Assembly (NCBI GenBank): GCA_050613775.1
Contig: JBODTK010000014.1
Location: forward strand, 1,178,001-1,242,000
From: Neocallimastix sp. 'constans'
Lineage: Eukaryota
Direction of reading: 5' to 3'
Length of the DNA: 64,000 nt
Below the pieces are notes generated by a model that was given only the letters and a program-made list of their open reading frames with translations, searched no databases and had not been told where the DNA came from. Positions 29,180 through 42,384 of the stretch are shown piece by piece (position 1 is the first letter of the stretch; each line of letters begins with the position of its first letter). A program made the translations under genes and the position numbers.

Positions 29180-30333
29180 TGATATGTGGGACTTTTATGT
29201 GCAATTAATTTTACTAGTATAATTATTTTTTTTTTATTAATATTAATATTTTCTTATCCTGGAAAATAATCAAATCAACCTCCATTTAATAATTATGCGA
29301 AGGTCGCTAATAACTTTACATGAAGGATGAGTTATAATAGGATTTATTTTACATACAAATTATAACTTTAATAATATAAATAAATATAAAGTAATAATAT
29401 ATAAGAATATAATAAAAATATATATTAAATTATAATATAAGTAATTATAACTATTTTATTATATTATAATATATAGAAGAATTACGTATTTTTAATATAA
29501 ACTTTAAAATAAATATGAATAGTTAAGTTATATATATAATAATATTCTTATTATATATATTTAGATGAAATAAACTATTTAATAAAATATTAAATATATT
29601 TAATATTATAATTAATAATATATATATGAATATTGAATAATATATGAATAATAAAAATTATTTCAAATATTATTAATTGACAGAAGAGAGAATGTACCAT
29701 TTTACAGGGGGGGAATGTGCATTTCGCAATGTGGCTTAAATTTTTTAAATAATTGCCACATTATATAATTTTTTTAACCAATGAATAAATAATTAAATAA
29801 ATAATAAAAAACATTTTTGAAATTTGTTAACAAAGTCTTTAAATATTTTATTAAAGATTATTTTTAAATAAATAAATAATTAATAATAAATAATAAAGAG
29901 TAAATAATAAATAATAAATAAATATAATAAATAATAAATAAATAATAAATAATTAATAATAAATAATAAATAAATATAATAAATAATAAATAAATAATAA
30001 ATAAATAATAAATAAATAATAAATAAATAATAATTTAATATTATATTTATTTATATATTTATTTATTATTTATTATTGTTTGGTTATTATTTATTATTTA
30101 TTATTTATTTATTATTTATTTATTATATATTTATTATTTATTATATTTATTTATTATTTATTATTTACTATTTATTATTTATTATTATTTATTTATTATT
30201 TATTATTATTTATTTATTATTTATTTATATGTTTATTTTTTAAAAAAATTTAAGCCACATTTTAGGAAATGCATACCTCGATATGAATATAATTACTATT
30301 AAATATACAAATACACCAATTTGTTTTATATTA
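29180..30333 (-). mobile_element. Solo LTR related to the G3 LTR, 4-bp TSD TATG, interrupted by a foldback insertion
   Basis: Reverse complement matches both G3 LTR ends (gcacataaaagtccc..atatca; tataaaacaaat..tttgtatatttaata); TATG at 29176-29179 and 30334-30337. Confidence 0.85.
29690..30279. mobile_element. MITE/foldback-like element
   Basis: Imperfect TIRs (tgcatttc..aatgtggcttaaatttttt vs aaaaaatttaagccacatt..gaaatgca); interior is A-rich then T-rich mirrored arrays; absent from the G3 LTR. Confidence 0.7.
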
Positions 30334-31439
30334 TATGTTAGAATAAATTTATAAGTATATACATTTTTATATTAAATATTTTATTATTATTATATAATTA
30401 TTATATAATAATCTTGATTTTTAACAATTATTATTTATTATATAGTTTTTATTTTTGTTATAATTTTTACTTCTGTTACAATAATTAATATTTTTTATCA
30501 TTATTACTATACTATTATTAATTATTCTAATTATTAATAAAATAAATAATTAACACATATGAAATATCAAATAATTTTAATAAGAAAAGGAAATAAAATA
30601 AAAAAATAATAATAAAAATTAAAAAAAAAAAATAACAAATTAATATTTCCTTTTATTAAAATTATTTAAAAATGTTTTAAAATGTATACACATAAATGTA
30701 ATATTTTATTATAATATCAATTATAAACAATACACTTTATTTCTCTATCAATTAAATGTATACATAATTTAATATATAATAATTCATAATTAATAATTAA
30801 TATTATCTTATAAATAAATATAAATAAGTTTTTTTTTTTTTTTTTTTTTTTTTCATTATGTTCATTATTTTATTTTTATATCATTTAAGAAAAATTATTA
30901 ATAACAATATTACTTAATCCTTTTCATTGTATTGTTTGAGGAATAAAAGGTTTATATAATAATATTAATTAATAGAAAATATATTAAATTTTAATTTAAT
31001 TTAAACATTTTTTATAATTTTATTTGTATAAAATTTTAATTTGTTTTATATGAAAATTAAAACAGTTCTTACATATTTAAAATGAAAGATATTTTTTTAA
31101 AGTCATATTTCATTATTTTGAAGGTACATTAAGTTATTAAAATATGAATTCTTTTTAATATACTTCTAAAACATTCAATATTAATACTTTTTAAATTAAA
31201 TAATCCATTTTAAAATAATAATAATAATAATAATAAAAATTAATAATTAATAATTAATGATAATAATAATTAATAATTGTTAATTTAATCATAGGTTAAA
31301 ATGAGAGGTCTAATAATTTGAGTATATAACTTTTAACTATTTTAATAATTATTTATTAATTTATTAATTATATTTTTTATACTATTTTTTTTTACTTTTC
31401 GAAAGTGGATAAACAACTTATAATTAACTTATTTTTTCA

Positions 31440-32030
31440 AGATAATTAGAATATCACAAAAAGAATCCTCCTTTTTTATAATTCATCAATTAACCAATAT
31501 AAATAAGTTTATTGATTTTTAATTACACCCTAATAATGTAACTTTCTGAATAATAGTCATTTCTGAGTTGTTAACCTAATTGTACCACTACTCACATCAA
31601 TAGGTGCGTATTCTGAAAGTGGTTCATCAAGAATTTATTGAGTAATTATATTTTAATTATTATTTAAACGGATTAAAGTTTTTCCGGAAACACATTCAAA
31701 TGAAACATCTAAAACATCCCTCATGATAATATCTTCTTCACATGGTTCATTACATTTGCTTTTATAAGTGTGGTTGATATTATTAATGATCATAGTCGTG
31801 ATTAACACATTATCTAACACCACTAAGATATTATATTGGTTTCTCTCCAATTTAATTCCTTGTAAAAATTAATATTTCAATTTTAGAGTGGCATCCATTA
31901 ACTATCCAAAAGTAATATTGCAATGAGAATATTTTAAATCTTTGAAAATAACATATTTCTTTACCCCAGATAGCATTTTAATTGTTCTAGGTACTCTAAA
32001 AATTTTGTTTTCTTTTTGGATATCACTATT
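31440..32030 (-). pseudogene. Ty3/gypsy pre-protease/protease fragment
   Basis: KMLSGVKKYVIFKDLKYSHCNITFG*LMD parallels G3 KLLEGIEPYDIIEELQNTPANITLAQLI. Confidence 0.55.
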
Positions 32031-32912
32031 TTTATTATTTAACGTATATGTTTAATTTAATTTATTATTTTTTTATTAATATTTTAATTACTTTCTTGTT
32101 TACATTTTTATATTTTTGTAATTAAAAATAATTTTTCATTGTGCTTTTTATTAATTAATTAGCTAATAGGAAATTCGAAATATTACTTATTCTAATAAAT
32201 AATTTTTATATTTAATAAAATTAATTAAATTATTCTAAGTATTATAACCTGTTTATGGTTCGGGTTTTATTAGAAATTTTATTTAATTATTTAATTTTTT
32301 ATTTTTTTCTGTCTACATTTTAATTATTGAAAAACTTCACTTATTTATACTTTTTGAAAAAAAAATAAATATGTAAAGCCTTTCTACATTTTATTATCAT
32401 ATTTAAAAAAAATAATTTACTATTACTAATTACTTCAAATTTTATATCAATTTAACTTAATTCATAAGTATTTTTATTTTAATAAATTTTGTTTATATAA
32501 TTTTATATTATTTTTCATATACTAAAACTAAATTATTTAATATATACGAAAAGTAACAAACAAAATTTAAAAAGATTTTACAGAAAAATAAAGTTATTTT
32601 AATCAAGAATATTAATATAATATTCTTATATTTTATATAAAATAAATTTAAAAACTATAATATATTTAGTATTTATTATTAATCAATTAAGATTTGATTT
32701 TATTTGTGGGGAATAAAAATATTTAATAATCAATTTAAAAATAAAATAAAATACTAAAAAGAATACAATTTTAATATTGATACAATATAATAATAATATA
32801 ATAATATATTTGAAAATAAAAATAAAATTAATATTGATAATAAACACTTTAATAAAATAATAAAATTTAAGGTTAAATTATAATATTCCCCTTTATCTCC
32901 ACAAATTTTTCA

Positions 32913-33704
32913 TGGTATGGTTCATACAGTTTTGGGAAATATAAAAATAATTAACACAAATAATAAAATAACAATAAAAATATTTTTGTTTTAAAATCAA
33001 TATTTATTTATTTAAATTTATAAAAGAAAAATAATAATAAAATAATTATTTAATAAAAAAAAAGTTATTCATTATATTTTATTTCACTAAAAATTACATG
33101 TATTTATATTTTTTTATCAAATTAAAATTTGTAAAGCCTAACTATTTCTTAATAAACTAGTTACTAATTATTTTAATAAATAAAACATTTAAACTGAAAT
33201 TGAATTATTATTTTAGTTAATAATATTATTGTTATATGTTATAAATATTAGTTTTATATTATTGAATTATTAATTATTTAATAATAGTTTAATATTAATA
33301 TATATAAAATAAAAATAAAGAGATTATACAGAATATTTTAATTGTGGTTTAGTTAAATGTAATAATTAAAAATAAATTTAAATTGATACGAAAATTTTAA
33401 TAAATAATTAAATAGATTTGATTATTTTCAATATAACAAATTACAAAAGAAATATAATATTAATATATTAAGTGGGCAAGGACAATATTCTTGGCTAAAG
33501 ATTTTTAATACATTATAATGGAATCGGATCGATAATTCAAAAAGGAATTATAAGTTGATTGGTGATTTATTAACTTAAGATTTCTATTTAGTAATATTTG
33601 AAGAATATTGGAAAGTTCCAATTATATAGAATAGAATAATCTATAAGGTTAGAATAATTTATATTATTCTAGAACAATTAGTATTATTTGTTCATTCTGT
33701 ATTA
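32913..33704 (-). mobile_element. Solo LTR A1 (array 1, unit 1)
   Basis: TGGTATGGTTC...CATTCTGTATTA; near-identical to 42596-43383; strand inferred by analogy with G2 LTRs. Confidence 0.8.
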
Positions 33705-33707
33705 GCA

Positions 33708-34537
33708 TGTAAGAATCTATAATTATTTGCTAACAAATAATTATATTTTCTTAGTTAAGTTATTATAACTATAACTTTATTTAATTACATATAATATTTA
33801 TTTATTAAATTTATTTAATTTAATTTTAAATATTCATTAATTTAACAAAATTTATTTAATAATATATTTACAATATATTAATTTCTCTATTGTAACTAAT
33901 GTATTCTGTATTGTATTCTGTATTTTATTAACTATTTAATTTTATATTTTTTATATAAGGATAAATTATATGATCGAAATATCTTTTATTATTTTATTCT
34001 TTTATTTTCGATCATTAGATTAGATTGGAAAATCGTTTAATTAAGATTTTTCCCAATTACTTTTTAGAAGTAATCGGTTTTACTTAATTAATGCGATGAT
34101 CGATATGGATAGAATATCGATCGAAAACTTATCTAGGTTTTTCTATCTAATCTTTTCCTAGATAGGAGATATGTTAAGATTAGAAAACCTTCTTATTTAA
34201 CCTTATTTTCATAAAAAAATATAAATAAGGCTCTTGAGTTCTCTTTGAGAAATCAAGAGTTATTATTATAAAAACATAGTTATAATAGTAACAATTTTAT
34301 ATTTTTAACTTTAATAAATTAATAAAATATTTTATTCAAAAAACATATTTTAAAATCAAATTTATACAAATAATTCTTCTTTTGCTTTTCGTGTTATTAT
34401 TATAATTAATTTTATAATAAACTCTATAGGTAAATGATTTATTTTATTTTATTTTCTATTTTCTCAACTTAATGAATTAGTCGTTAAGTTGTAGTTAATA
34501 ATTCTGTTTTGAGTTAGTTCTTAATAGAATTATTACA
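33708..34537 (+). mobile_element. Solo LTR B (5-bp TSD class, (T/C)AGCA)
   Basis: TGTAA...TTACA; inverted relative of 39911-40874. Confidence 0.85.
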
Positions 34538-35179
34538 CAGCAGTGGTACAGGACTTTTGAAATTGATGGATGTATAATAATATATTGGTAAATAGATAAT
34601 GGACGTATTAAAAGTACTAGAAACTTATATAATATTTATTTATTTATTGACTATTTATTAATTTATTTATTTAAAAATTTATTTAACTATATATTTATTC
34701 ATCCATTTATTTATTTGTTCATTTATTTATTTATTCCTCCATTACATAAAAAAAAGAAAAGAGAGAGATTTAAAATAATATTATTACAAAATATTTTATA
34801 TATTTTGGTAATACATTGATTAGTTAAAAATAATTTTGTGTAACAATAAAATAATAATAAAATTTTAGATATGAATATTAATAATAAAAATAATAAAAAG
34901 TTTATAATATAAAATAAAATTTATCAAATGTATAATAAAAATATAATAAGAATATAATAAAATATTTATTTTATAGCAAAATATTAATAATTAATAATAT
35001 ATATATTTATATAATAATAAAGAAAATATTGATAAATTTAATAAAGATAATAATTAATTAATAAAATAGATTTAAAACATATTTATATGGAGAAATGTTA
35101 AAATTATTATAATTTAAGGTATTTGAGTAAATACCGTATCATGATGCCCCCGTTAAGTTTAGACTTCGTCCTTTGAAGT

Positions 35180-36210
35180 TTATACTTCGCATAGTCTGTA
35201 TGGTACAATGTTCTTTAAGTGAACATTTCTCTCAGCGATTTCATTAGTTACAGGATCGCAAAGTGTGACCGTGTTAAATTTCTTCTTAACTATTTTCATA
35301 GGGCCAAGGAAGAACTGGTCTAATTTTCTTCGGTTAATAAGTTTGACAAGGACAAGATCACCAGGGTTATATTCAGCCTTCATTCTCTTCATTTGTTTTC
35401 GCCTGTCTTCCCATAACTTGTTAGAAGTATTAATGTTGTTGATGGCTTCTTTAATCCAGGCATAATGTTTAGTAAATCTTCTTATTAAAAATTCTTCTTC
35501 ACTTTCGTATTTTTCTTTCTTGTCTAAGTTCAGTGTTAATTCAAAGGGTTGTAAATCGCGACGTCCATATAACAACTCAAAACTGGAAAATTTAGTAGTT
35601 TCATTCTTACAGGTGCGAATAGCCCATAAAGCGCTTGGTAGCATCTCATCCCAAATGGTAGTGTTGCGATTACAAAGAATTCTCAAGTACTTGCCTATTT
35701 CTTTATTTCTATTTTCGACTTCGCCGTTGGATTCTGGATGGTTTGTTGTAATATAGTGTACGTAAACTCCATATAAGTTGAAAAAAGCTTTCGTTTTGTC
35801 CGAACAGAATTGGGGTCCGTTGTCCGTTATTAAAATTACAGGCGTTCCATGTCGAGCAAAGACTTTGGATAGAAATTGGATAACGTCATCTGATTCAATG
35901 TTCTTAGTGGGTTCAGCTTCAACCCACTTATTCAGGTAATCTACTAAAACTATAATGTATTGATTACCTTTCTGAGTAACTGGTAGAGGTCCTACAATGT
36001 CTAGACCTACCTTAGTAAATGGAAGACCGGGTTTCGTGGCTGTATCTTCAGGTTGATAGTTAAATGTTTGTGGCTTAAAAAGTTGACAAGTTTTACAGGT
36101 TCTGACCATGTATTTAACATCTTGTATCATGTTGGTCCAATAGTAATCTCTTTTCAAGCGGTTGTATGTCTTGAAAGTACCTTCGTGACCAATACCATGG
36201 GCCTTAAGAA
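35180..36210 (-). CDS. G2 integrase (HHCC, DDE, GPY/F-like; no chromodomain)
   Basis: CKTC, VGLDIVGP, ITDNGPQF, NGEVENRN, FLGPMKI. Confidence 0.9.
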
Positions 36211-37610
36211 TAAGTTTGTTATTTCTTGCTTTAAAGCTTGAGTTTGAACTTTGGACAACCGGTATCCTTTCCGCTTGATCGGCTTTGCATTTTCTATTAA
36301 TTGAATGGTATGTGGAAGCAGTTTCGTTGGCTGGAGTTCATCAATTTTGATTGCTAGGATGATGATGAATTCATGAAATAGTGAGTTGACTTTTCTTCTG
36401 TATTTTCTTGGTAATTCATCCAATACTTTGTTCAACAGCTCTTGTTTTTTTAATTTTCCGTCTTTAACTTCTTCAATTTGATCTATTTCATCATGGTAGT
36501 TCTCATCTTTGACCTTATTTACAAGATTGTGATGCTCAGTATCGCCACTCTCCTTCGATACTTCCTCATCAGTCCCTAAAGGAGACACACGATCCCATGA
36601 TTCTTCACTGAGCATCTTGCATAAGTGATTGTCGATAGGATGTACGAATAATTTATTGTCTTTTAATGTATTGAATCCTATAAGTATATCGAAGATATTT
36701 TTATCATTTTCAACAACTCTAAATACATCTTTAATTGTGGTATCCCCAATTTTGACATCCAATAGATAAAGTTCTGAATCCAATTTCTTCTCAGAGAAAA
36801 TTTGTACAATATTATTATTTGTGTACCCCATTGGTACCAAGTTTTGTTTTTCTTTTATCCTTGTTAAGTAATTTTTTGTCACCAAGTTTAAGCTAGCATA
36901 GGTATCCAAGAAAACTATACCTTCAATCCCATAAACATAACATTTTGTGCTGGCGATATCACTTCTTGAAATAGTAGATAGAACTATTTCGTTTAGAGAT
37001 TGTCCTTAAGTATTGCTGTCCTTTAGCTTAAGTAGTTTAACTAGTTCCGATCTAAGCTTAGGACTTATATCTAGTAGCTGTGTGATGGAAATATTAGCTA
37101 GTTTGTTGTTTAAGTCATCAGAGATATCATAACTGTTCTTTCCTTCCATCAAGGCTATATGTTTTTCGGTAGATGTCCTTTTAGATTTGGCTTCTTCGGC
37201 TTTATCACTAGGAAGTTTTCCTTTTGTTACTTCTTTAGATTGATCATCTCTTGATTAATGAGTACTTGTTTCAGTTTCTTCTATTATTTCCTTTTCTTTA
37301 TCTAATTTGGTTTTTCTTTTCACGGACTTGATGGATGGCTGAGCTATCACAGAAAGGTCAATTTCTTCAAGCTTTTCTGTGGTAGTAGGTGTAGACACTG
37401 GTGATTCAAACTCCATAGCGGTATCCTGAGTTGCGGCTTTTCCTTTCCTAGATTTTTCTTTTGAAGAGTATGGGGTTTCTGCCATGCTAATATTCTTTTT
37501 CTTTCTTCTTACTACCGCTGCTAATATATCATTATTTGGAACTAGTGGTAAATGGTTCTTTTCGTTGGTTTGACTAAAGGAAGTTTCCCTTCTTCCTTTT
37601 ACCAGTTTAA
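36210..37610 (-). pseudogene. G2 pol N-terminus and protease, truncated at the start of RT
   Basis: FLDTYASLNLV; PTKLLPHTIQLIENAKPIK...LKQEITNL joined directly to the integrase zinc finger; stops and frameshifts. Confidence 0.85.
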
Positions 37611-38467
37611 AGATTTATTTTCTTTTTGAAGTTGGCCTTTTTCTTCCATCTCTGCTAATTCCCTGAAAGAGTAAGGACATTGGTTTAAGTAGTGTCCCAC
37701 TTGACCACATTTACAGCATTTTCTATTATTTTGTTGATGCGTGCTTGAGTTATCTTGGCGTCTTCTGGTCTGTACTTGATTTGACTTCAGTTTATTTTCT
37801 TTTACATACCTATAATCGGGTCGTTATCCCTTGTGTTGTATTTTCGGTTACCAAAGCCCTTGAATGGATAACCTCCGTAGTTGACTTTATAATAATAAGT
37901 TTGGTTGGATTGAAATGTTGCTAAAACAGTTTCAGGCTTACGTAGGAAATTTTCTTCAGCCCTTTCGGCTAGTTCGGCTTCTTCGAAGGTATCCTCCAGG
38001 TCATAACACCTTTGGGTGATTACTTGGGACCTTGCATAAGGTCTACTAGCAATGGATTCAATGTAATCGTCTACCGTAATGAAAGATTGGTATAGTTTGG
38101 AAAGACTATTGTAGAGCTTCTTGTACCTCCAGTAAAAGTTTTGAATACTTTCACCCTTTCTGATTCTAAGTTTCTGGAGTCTCTTACATTTTTCCTGGGG
38201 AGTAACTTCAAGAGCATCTTCTATAGCCTTTTTCATCTGGTTGATGGATGGATACTTCTTTCCTCCTTCTTCATCGGTAGTTACTAAGTCTTGAAGTATA
38301 CCTCTTAGTTTGCCTTCCACACATTCCATAGCCCAGGAATGTATATTCATAGGTTCAGTGATGTTTGCTAGTCTCATGATCCTAGCAAATTCATCACCCC
38401 AAGAATCCACATCTCTTGTTGCTTCGTTTAGACGATGTAAGATCTCTTCGAGTTCCCTGATCTTCAT
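37599..38467 (-). pseudogene. G2 gag with CCHC knuckle; frameshift near 37802
   Basis: ORF 37802-38467 is similar to G3 gag; CCKCGQVGHYLNQC lies downstream in another frame. Confidence 0.85.
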
Positions 38468-38587
38468 TTGTTTAGTATTTTTTTTTTGTTTTATTTGTTT
38501 ATTACTATTATTATTTCGTTTATAATATTTTATTTAATCTTCTTTCTTTTTGACTATCTATTAATGTTTCATATTATTATACTTTCG

Positions 38588-38604
38588 TCCTGCATAGCTC
38601 GCCA
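38588..38604 (-). promoter_or_regulatory. PBS TGGCGAGCTATGCAGGA (tRNA-Arg-like)
   Basis: 7 nt from the 5' LTR end; TGGCGAGC matches tRNA-Arg(ACG)-type PBS. Confidence 0.7.
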
Positions 38605-39112
38605 GAAATTATGGTACAGGACTTTTGAAATTGATGGATGTATAATAATATATTGGTAAATAGATAGTGGACGTATAAAAAGTACGAAAAACTTATATAA
38701 TATTTATTTATTTATTTATTGACTATTTATTAATTTATTTATTTAAAAATTTATTTAACTATATATTTATTCATCCATTTATTTATTTGTTCATTTATTT
38801 ATTTATTCCTCCATTACATAAAAAAAAGAAAAGAGAGAGATTTAAAATAATATTATTACAAAATATTTTATAAATTTTGGTAATACATTGATTAGTTAAA
38901 AATAATTTTGTGTATCAATAAAATAATAATAAAATTTTAGATATGAATATTAATAATAAAAATAATAAAAAGTTTATTATAATAATAAAAGAAATATTGA
39001 TAAATTTAATAAAGATAATAATTAATTAATAAAATAGATTTAAAACATATTTATATGGAGAAATGTTAAAATTATTATAATTTAAGGTATTTGAGTAAAT
39101 ACCGTATCAACA

Positions 39113-39905
39113 TGTAATAATTTCATTATAATATTTATTATAACAAAATTAACTACAACCTGATATTAACATCAAGTTGAGAAAATAAGAAAACAATTAG
39201 AAAAAATAAAGAAAATTTTAAGTTATCTTGACAAGGAAGAGTTTATTATAAACAAATATAATAATCAACACAAAATAAAAGAACACTTATTGAAAATGTT
39301 TGTAGATTTTATTTATTATTATTATATATTTATTAATATTTGTTATATAATAATAACTCTTGATTTCTCAAATATTTAAAGAAATCAATAGCTATTTATA
39401 CCAAAAATTAAATAATAAAATTTTATAAATTTTATATAAAATAATAATTTAAAAGGTTTTCTAATCTTAACAATTATCTTATCTAGAAAAAGATTAGAAG
39501 AAAAAACTAGATAAGTTCTTTAAGGAAAAACCAATTTATTATTATAATAAATTAGAAAAAACCTTAAAGTCCAATAAAATTAATTTATGTTTTAATAAGA
39601 AAATAAAAAACTTTAAAGTCCGAATAAGTTGATTCAAATTTTAATTAAAAATAATAATTAAATAATTAATTTATTACTATAGAAATTAATAAATTTTATA
39701 ATTAAATAAATTAAATAAAATAAATGTATACTAAATAAATTTAAAGAAAATTTTTAATTAAATTAAAATTATAATTAAATGTACAAATACATATTAACTT
39801 GATAAATAATTACTAATTTAATGAATGAATGTATAAATTATGTAATAGATAAATAATCAAATAAAGAAATTATAATTATTTAACAAATAATTATAGTTTC
39901 TTACA
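39113..39905 (-). mobile_element. Solo LTR C (5-bp TSD CAACA)
   Basis: TGTAA...TTACA; near-identical inverted copy at 47914-48695. Confidence 0.9.
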
Positions 39906-39910
39906 CAACA

Positions 39911-40874
39911 TGTAATAATTTAATTATAGAATTAATTATAATTAAATTATTAACTACAACTTAATAATAACTAAATAATAATTATTATTAAATTGAGAAA
40001 GCAAAAAAGATAAATATACTTATCTTCTATAAGAGAGAGTTTATTATAACTAATTATAATAAATTAATAACACAGAATTTTCAAAGAGAAAAGATTATTT
40101 TATTTTATTTTTAAATTTGTTTTATTAAAACTTACTTTATTAAAATAGAAATATAAAATATTTATTAATGTTATTACTATATTATAATTGTTATAATAAT
40201 AACTCTTGATTTCTCAAAGAGAATTCAAGAGCCTTATTTATACTTTTTTGAAAAATAAGGTTAAATTAAAAAATGTTTTCTAATCTTAACAAATCTCTTA
40301 TCTAGGAAAAGATTAGAGAGAAAAACCTAGATAAGATTTTTGATCGATATTCTATCCATATCGATCATCGTATCAATTAGGTAAAACCAATTACTTTTAA
40401 GAAGTAATTGGGAAAAACCCTAATTAACCGATTCGCTAATCTAATGTAATTGATCGAAAATAAAAGAATAAAATAATAAAAAATATTTCGATCATAAAAT
40501 CATAAATTTACAAATAAGGAAAATAACATAATAAACATAATAATGATATTAATAAACAAAATACAGAATACATTATTAAAATACATATTAGAATACATAA
40601 TATACTTATTTACAATTTAATTAAATAAATAAACTAAGACTAATAAATTTAATAATTAAATGTATAATTAAATAAACTATAATTATTTATAAACGTATAA
40701 ATAATAATTAATTAAATAAATTTTGTTTTATTAAATTAATGAATATTTAATATTGTGTTAAATAAATTATTAATAATATTTAAATGAATAAATATTATAT
40801 AATTAAATAAAGTTATAATTATAACTTTAAGAAACTATAATTATTTTATTTAAAAATAATTATAGATTCTTACA
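39911..40874 (-). mobile_element. Solo LTR D (5-bp TSD CAACA)
   Basis: TGTAA...TTACA with CAACA on both sides. Confidence 0.9.
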
Positions 40875-40880
40875 CAACAG

Positions 40881-41676
40881 TGTTAAGGTTTTAGAGAATT
40901 AAATAAAAATAAAAGTAAAAAAACACAAATTTTATTTATTTATTTATTATTTTATTTATTAATTTTATTAATTGATTGATGATTTTTAAAAATTGTTAGC
41001 AAAATTTACAACTATTTATACTTTTTTCAAGGCATAAAAGTTGTTCTTGCCACTAAATTGCATTTCATTTTTTTTTTATAAAAACTATTAAATTTAAATT
41101 GATTTTTATAATCAATTATATAAAATTTAATTATAACAATATAAATAAAATACATTTATAATATTAATAAAACATTTTTTTTTTTTTTTTATAATCTATC
41201 TAAAATATTACTAATACGAATTTAATTTATTGGCTATAATTTTTATTACAACCTGTTAAAATATTCAAATAAAAATAAAAATACTATTCTAATATTAAGG
41301 TTTTTAATAAAATAAAATATTTGTCAATATAAAATAAAACATTTCAATATAAAATTTTATAATAAAAGTTAAAATATAATATATAAATTTTTAATTATCA
41401 ATATATAAAAAAAATATTATTAATAAAAATTTTCATTATTAATAAAAAAGTAAGATTTATTATTAATATTGCTAATATAAGTTTTAAATATATAAAAATA
41501 TTACTATTAATATAAGATTTAATATAAAAATATAAAGTTTAATAAATTTTTAAATCCAAAGATCAAAAATTAAATCAAAAATTATATTAAAGTACAAAGA
41601 TAATAATGTACATATAATGTATTAAAAATAAATCGTAAATTTAATTAAGAATGTATTATTTAGTACATTCTTATCA
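40881..41676 (-). mobile_element. Solo LTR E (4-bp TSD ACAG)
   Basis: TGTTAAGGTT...CATTCTTATCA; ACAG at 40877-40880 and 41677-41680. Confidence 0.85.
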
Positions 41677-41692
41677 ACAGAAACAATAAATA

Positions 41693-42384
41693 TGTTAAGG
41701 AACGAACAAATAATGTTAATTTTATTATTTTTCATAAAAATAACTTAACCACTAAAATTAAATTATTTATTTCCTTACTTGGAGAACTTTCTTATGTTCT
41801 ATTACTGCCAAATTATTACTAATATTAAATTTATTATTATTAATATAAATTCTTTATTAATATCAATACTTTATTATTAAAATTAATACTATATTATTAA
41901 TATCAATGTTATTATCAATATCTAGTTTTATTAATATGATTTATTCTATCAATATTTTATTATTAAAGAAAATTTTATTTTACAAGTATTACTAATACAG
42001 ATTATTTATTATTAAAAAAATTAATATAACTAATGATTTAAAAATATTTTACTTAAATCCATGATCCTTGTCATTAAAATTAGTAATATTTTCTTCCAAA
42101 ATACACCCTATTTATAATAAGATTAATAATAGATAATAATCTAAAATACTTTTATTTAAAAATAGTATAAAATTAAATAATACTCTATTACTAATAGTTC
42201 TGTAAAAGTAATAAAATTATTTTTAAAATATATTATCACTACAATTAATAATAAATAGTTTAGAATTTAATAATATGTAATAATTATTTATTATAATAGA
42301 ATAGATTATGAATTTATAATTTAAATACAATTCAAACATGTAACTCTAAGATATTCTAAAGAAATGGCTTGATCATTTCTATCG
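41693..42384 (-). mobile_element. Probable degenerate solo LTR P
   Basis: TGTTAAGG start, CATTTCTATCG end; no clean TSD. Confidence 0.5.

Larger units (their letters stand above)
34544..39109 (-). mobile_element. Ty3/gypsy element G2 with RT and RNase H deleted
   Basis: LTRs 34544-35141 and 38612-39109 (the latter lacks about 100 bp); PBS 38588-38604; gag, PR and IN on the minus strand; target GCAG/ACAG. Confidence 0.95.

Noticed and set aside
34128..34260. Hammerhead ribozyme (retrozyme) in the 5-bp-class LTRs
   Set aside because: No CUGANGA/GAAA core found in the conserved structure
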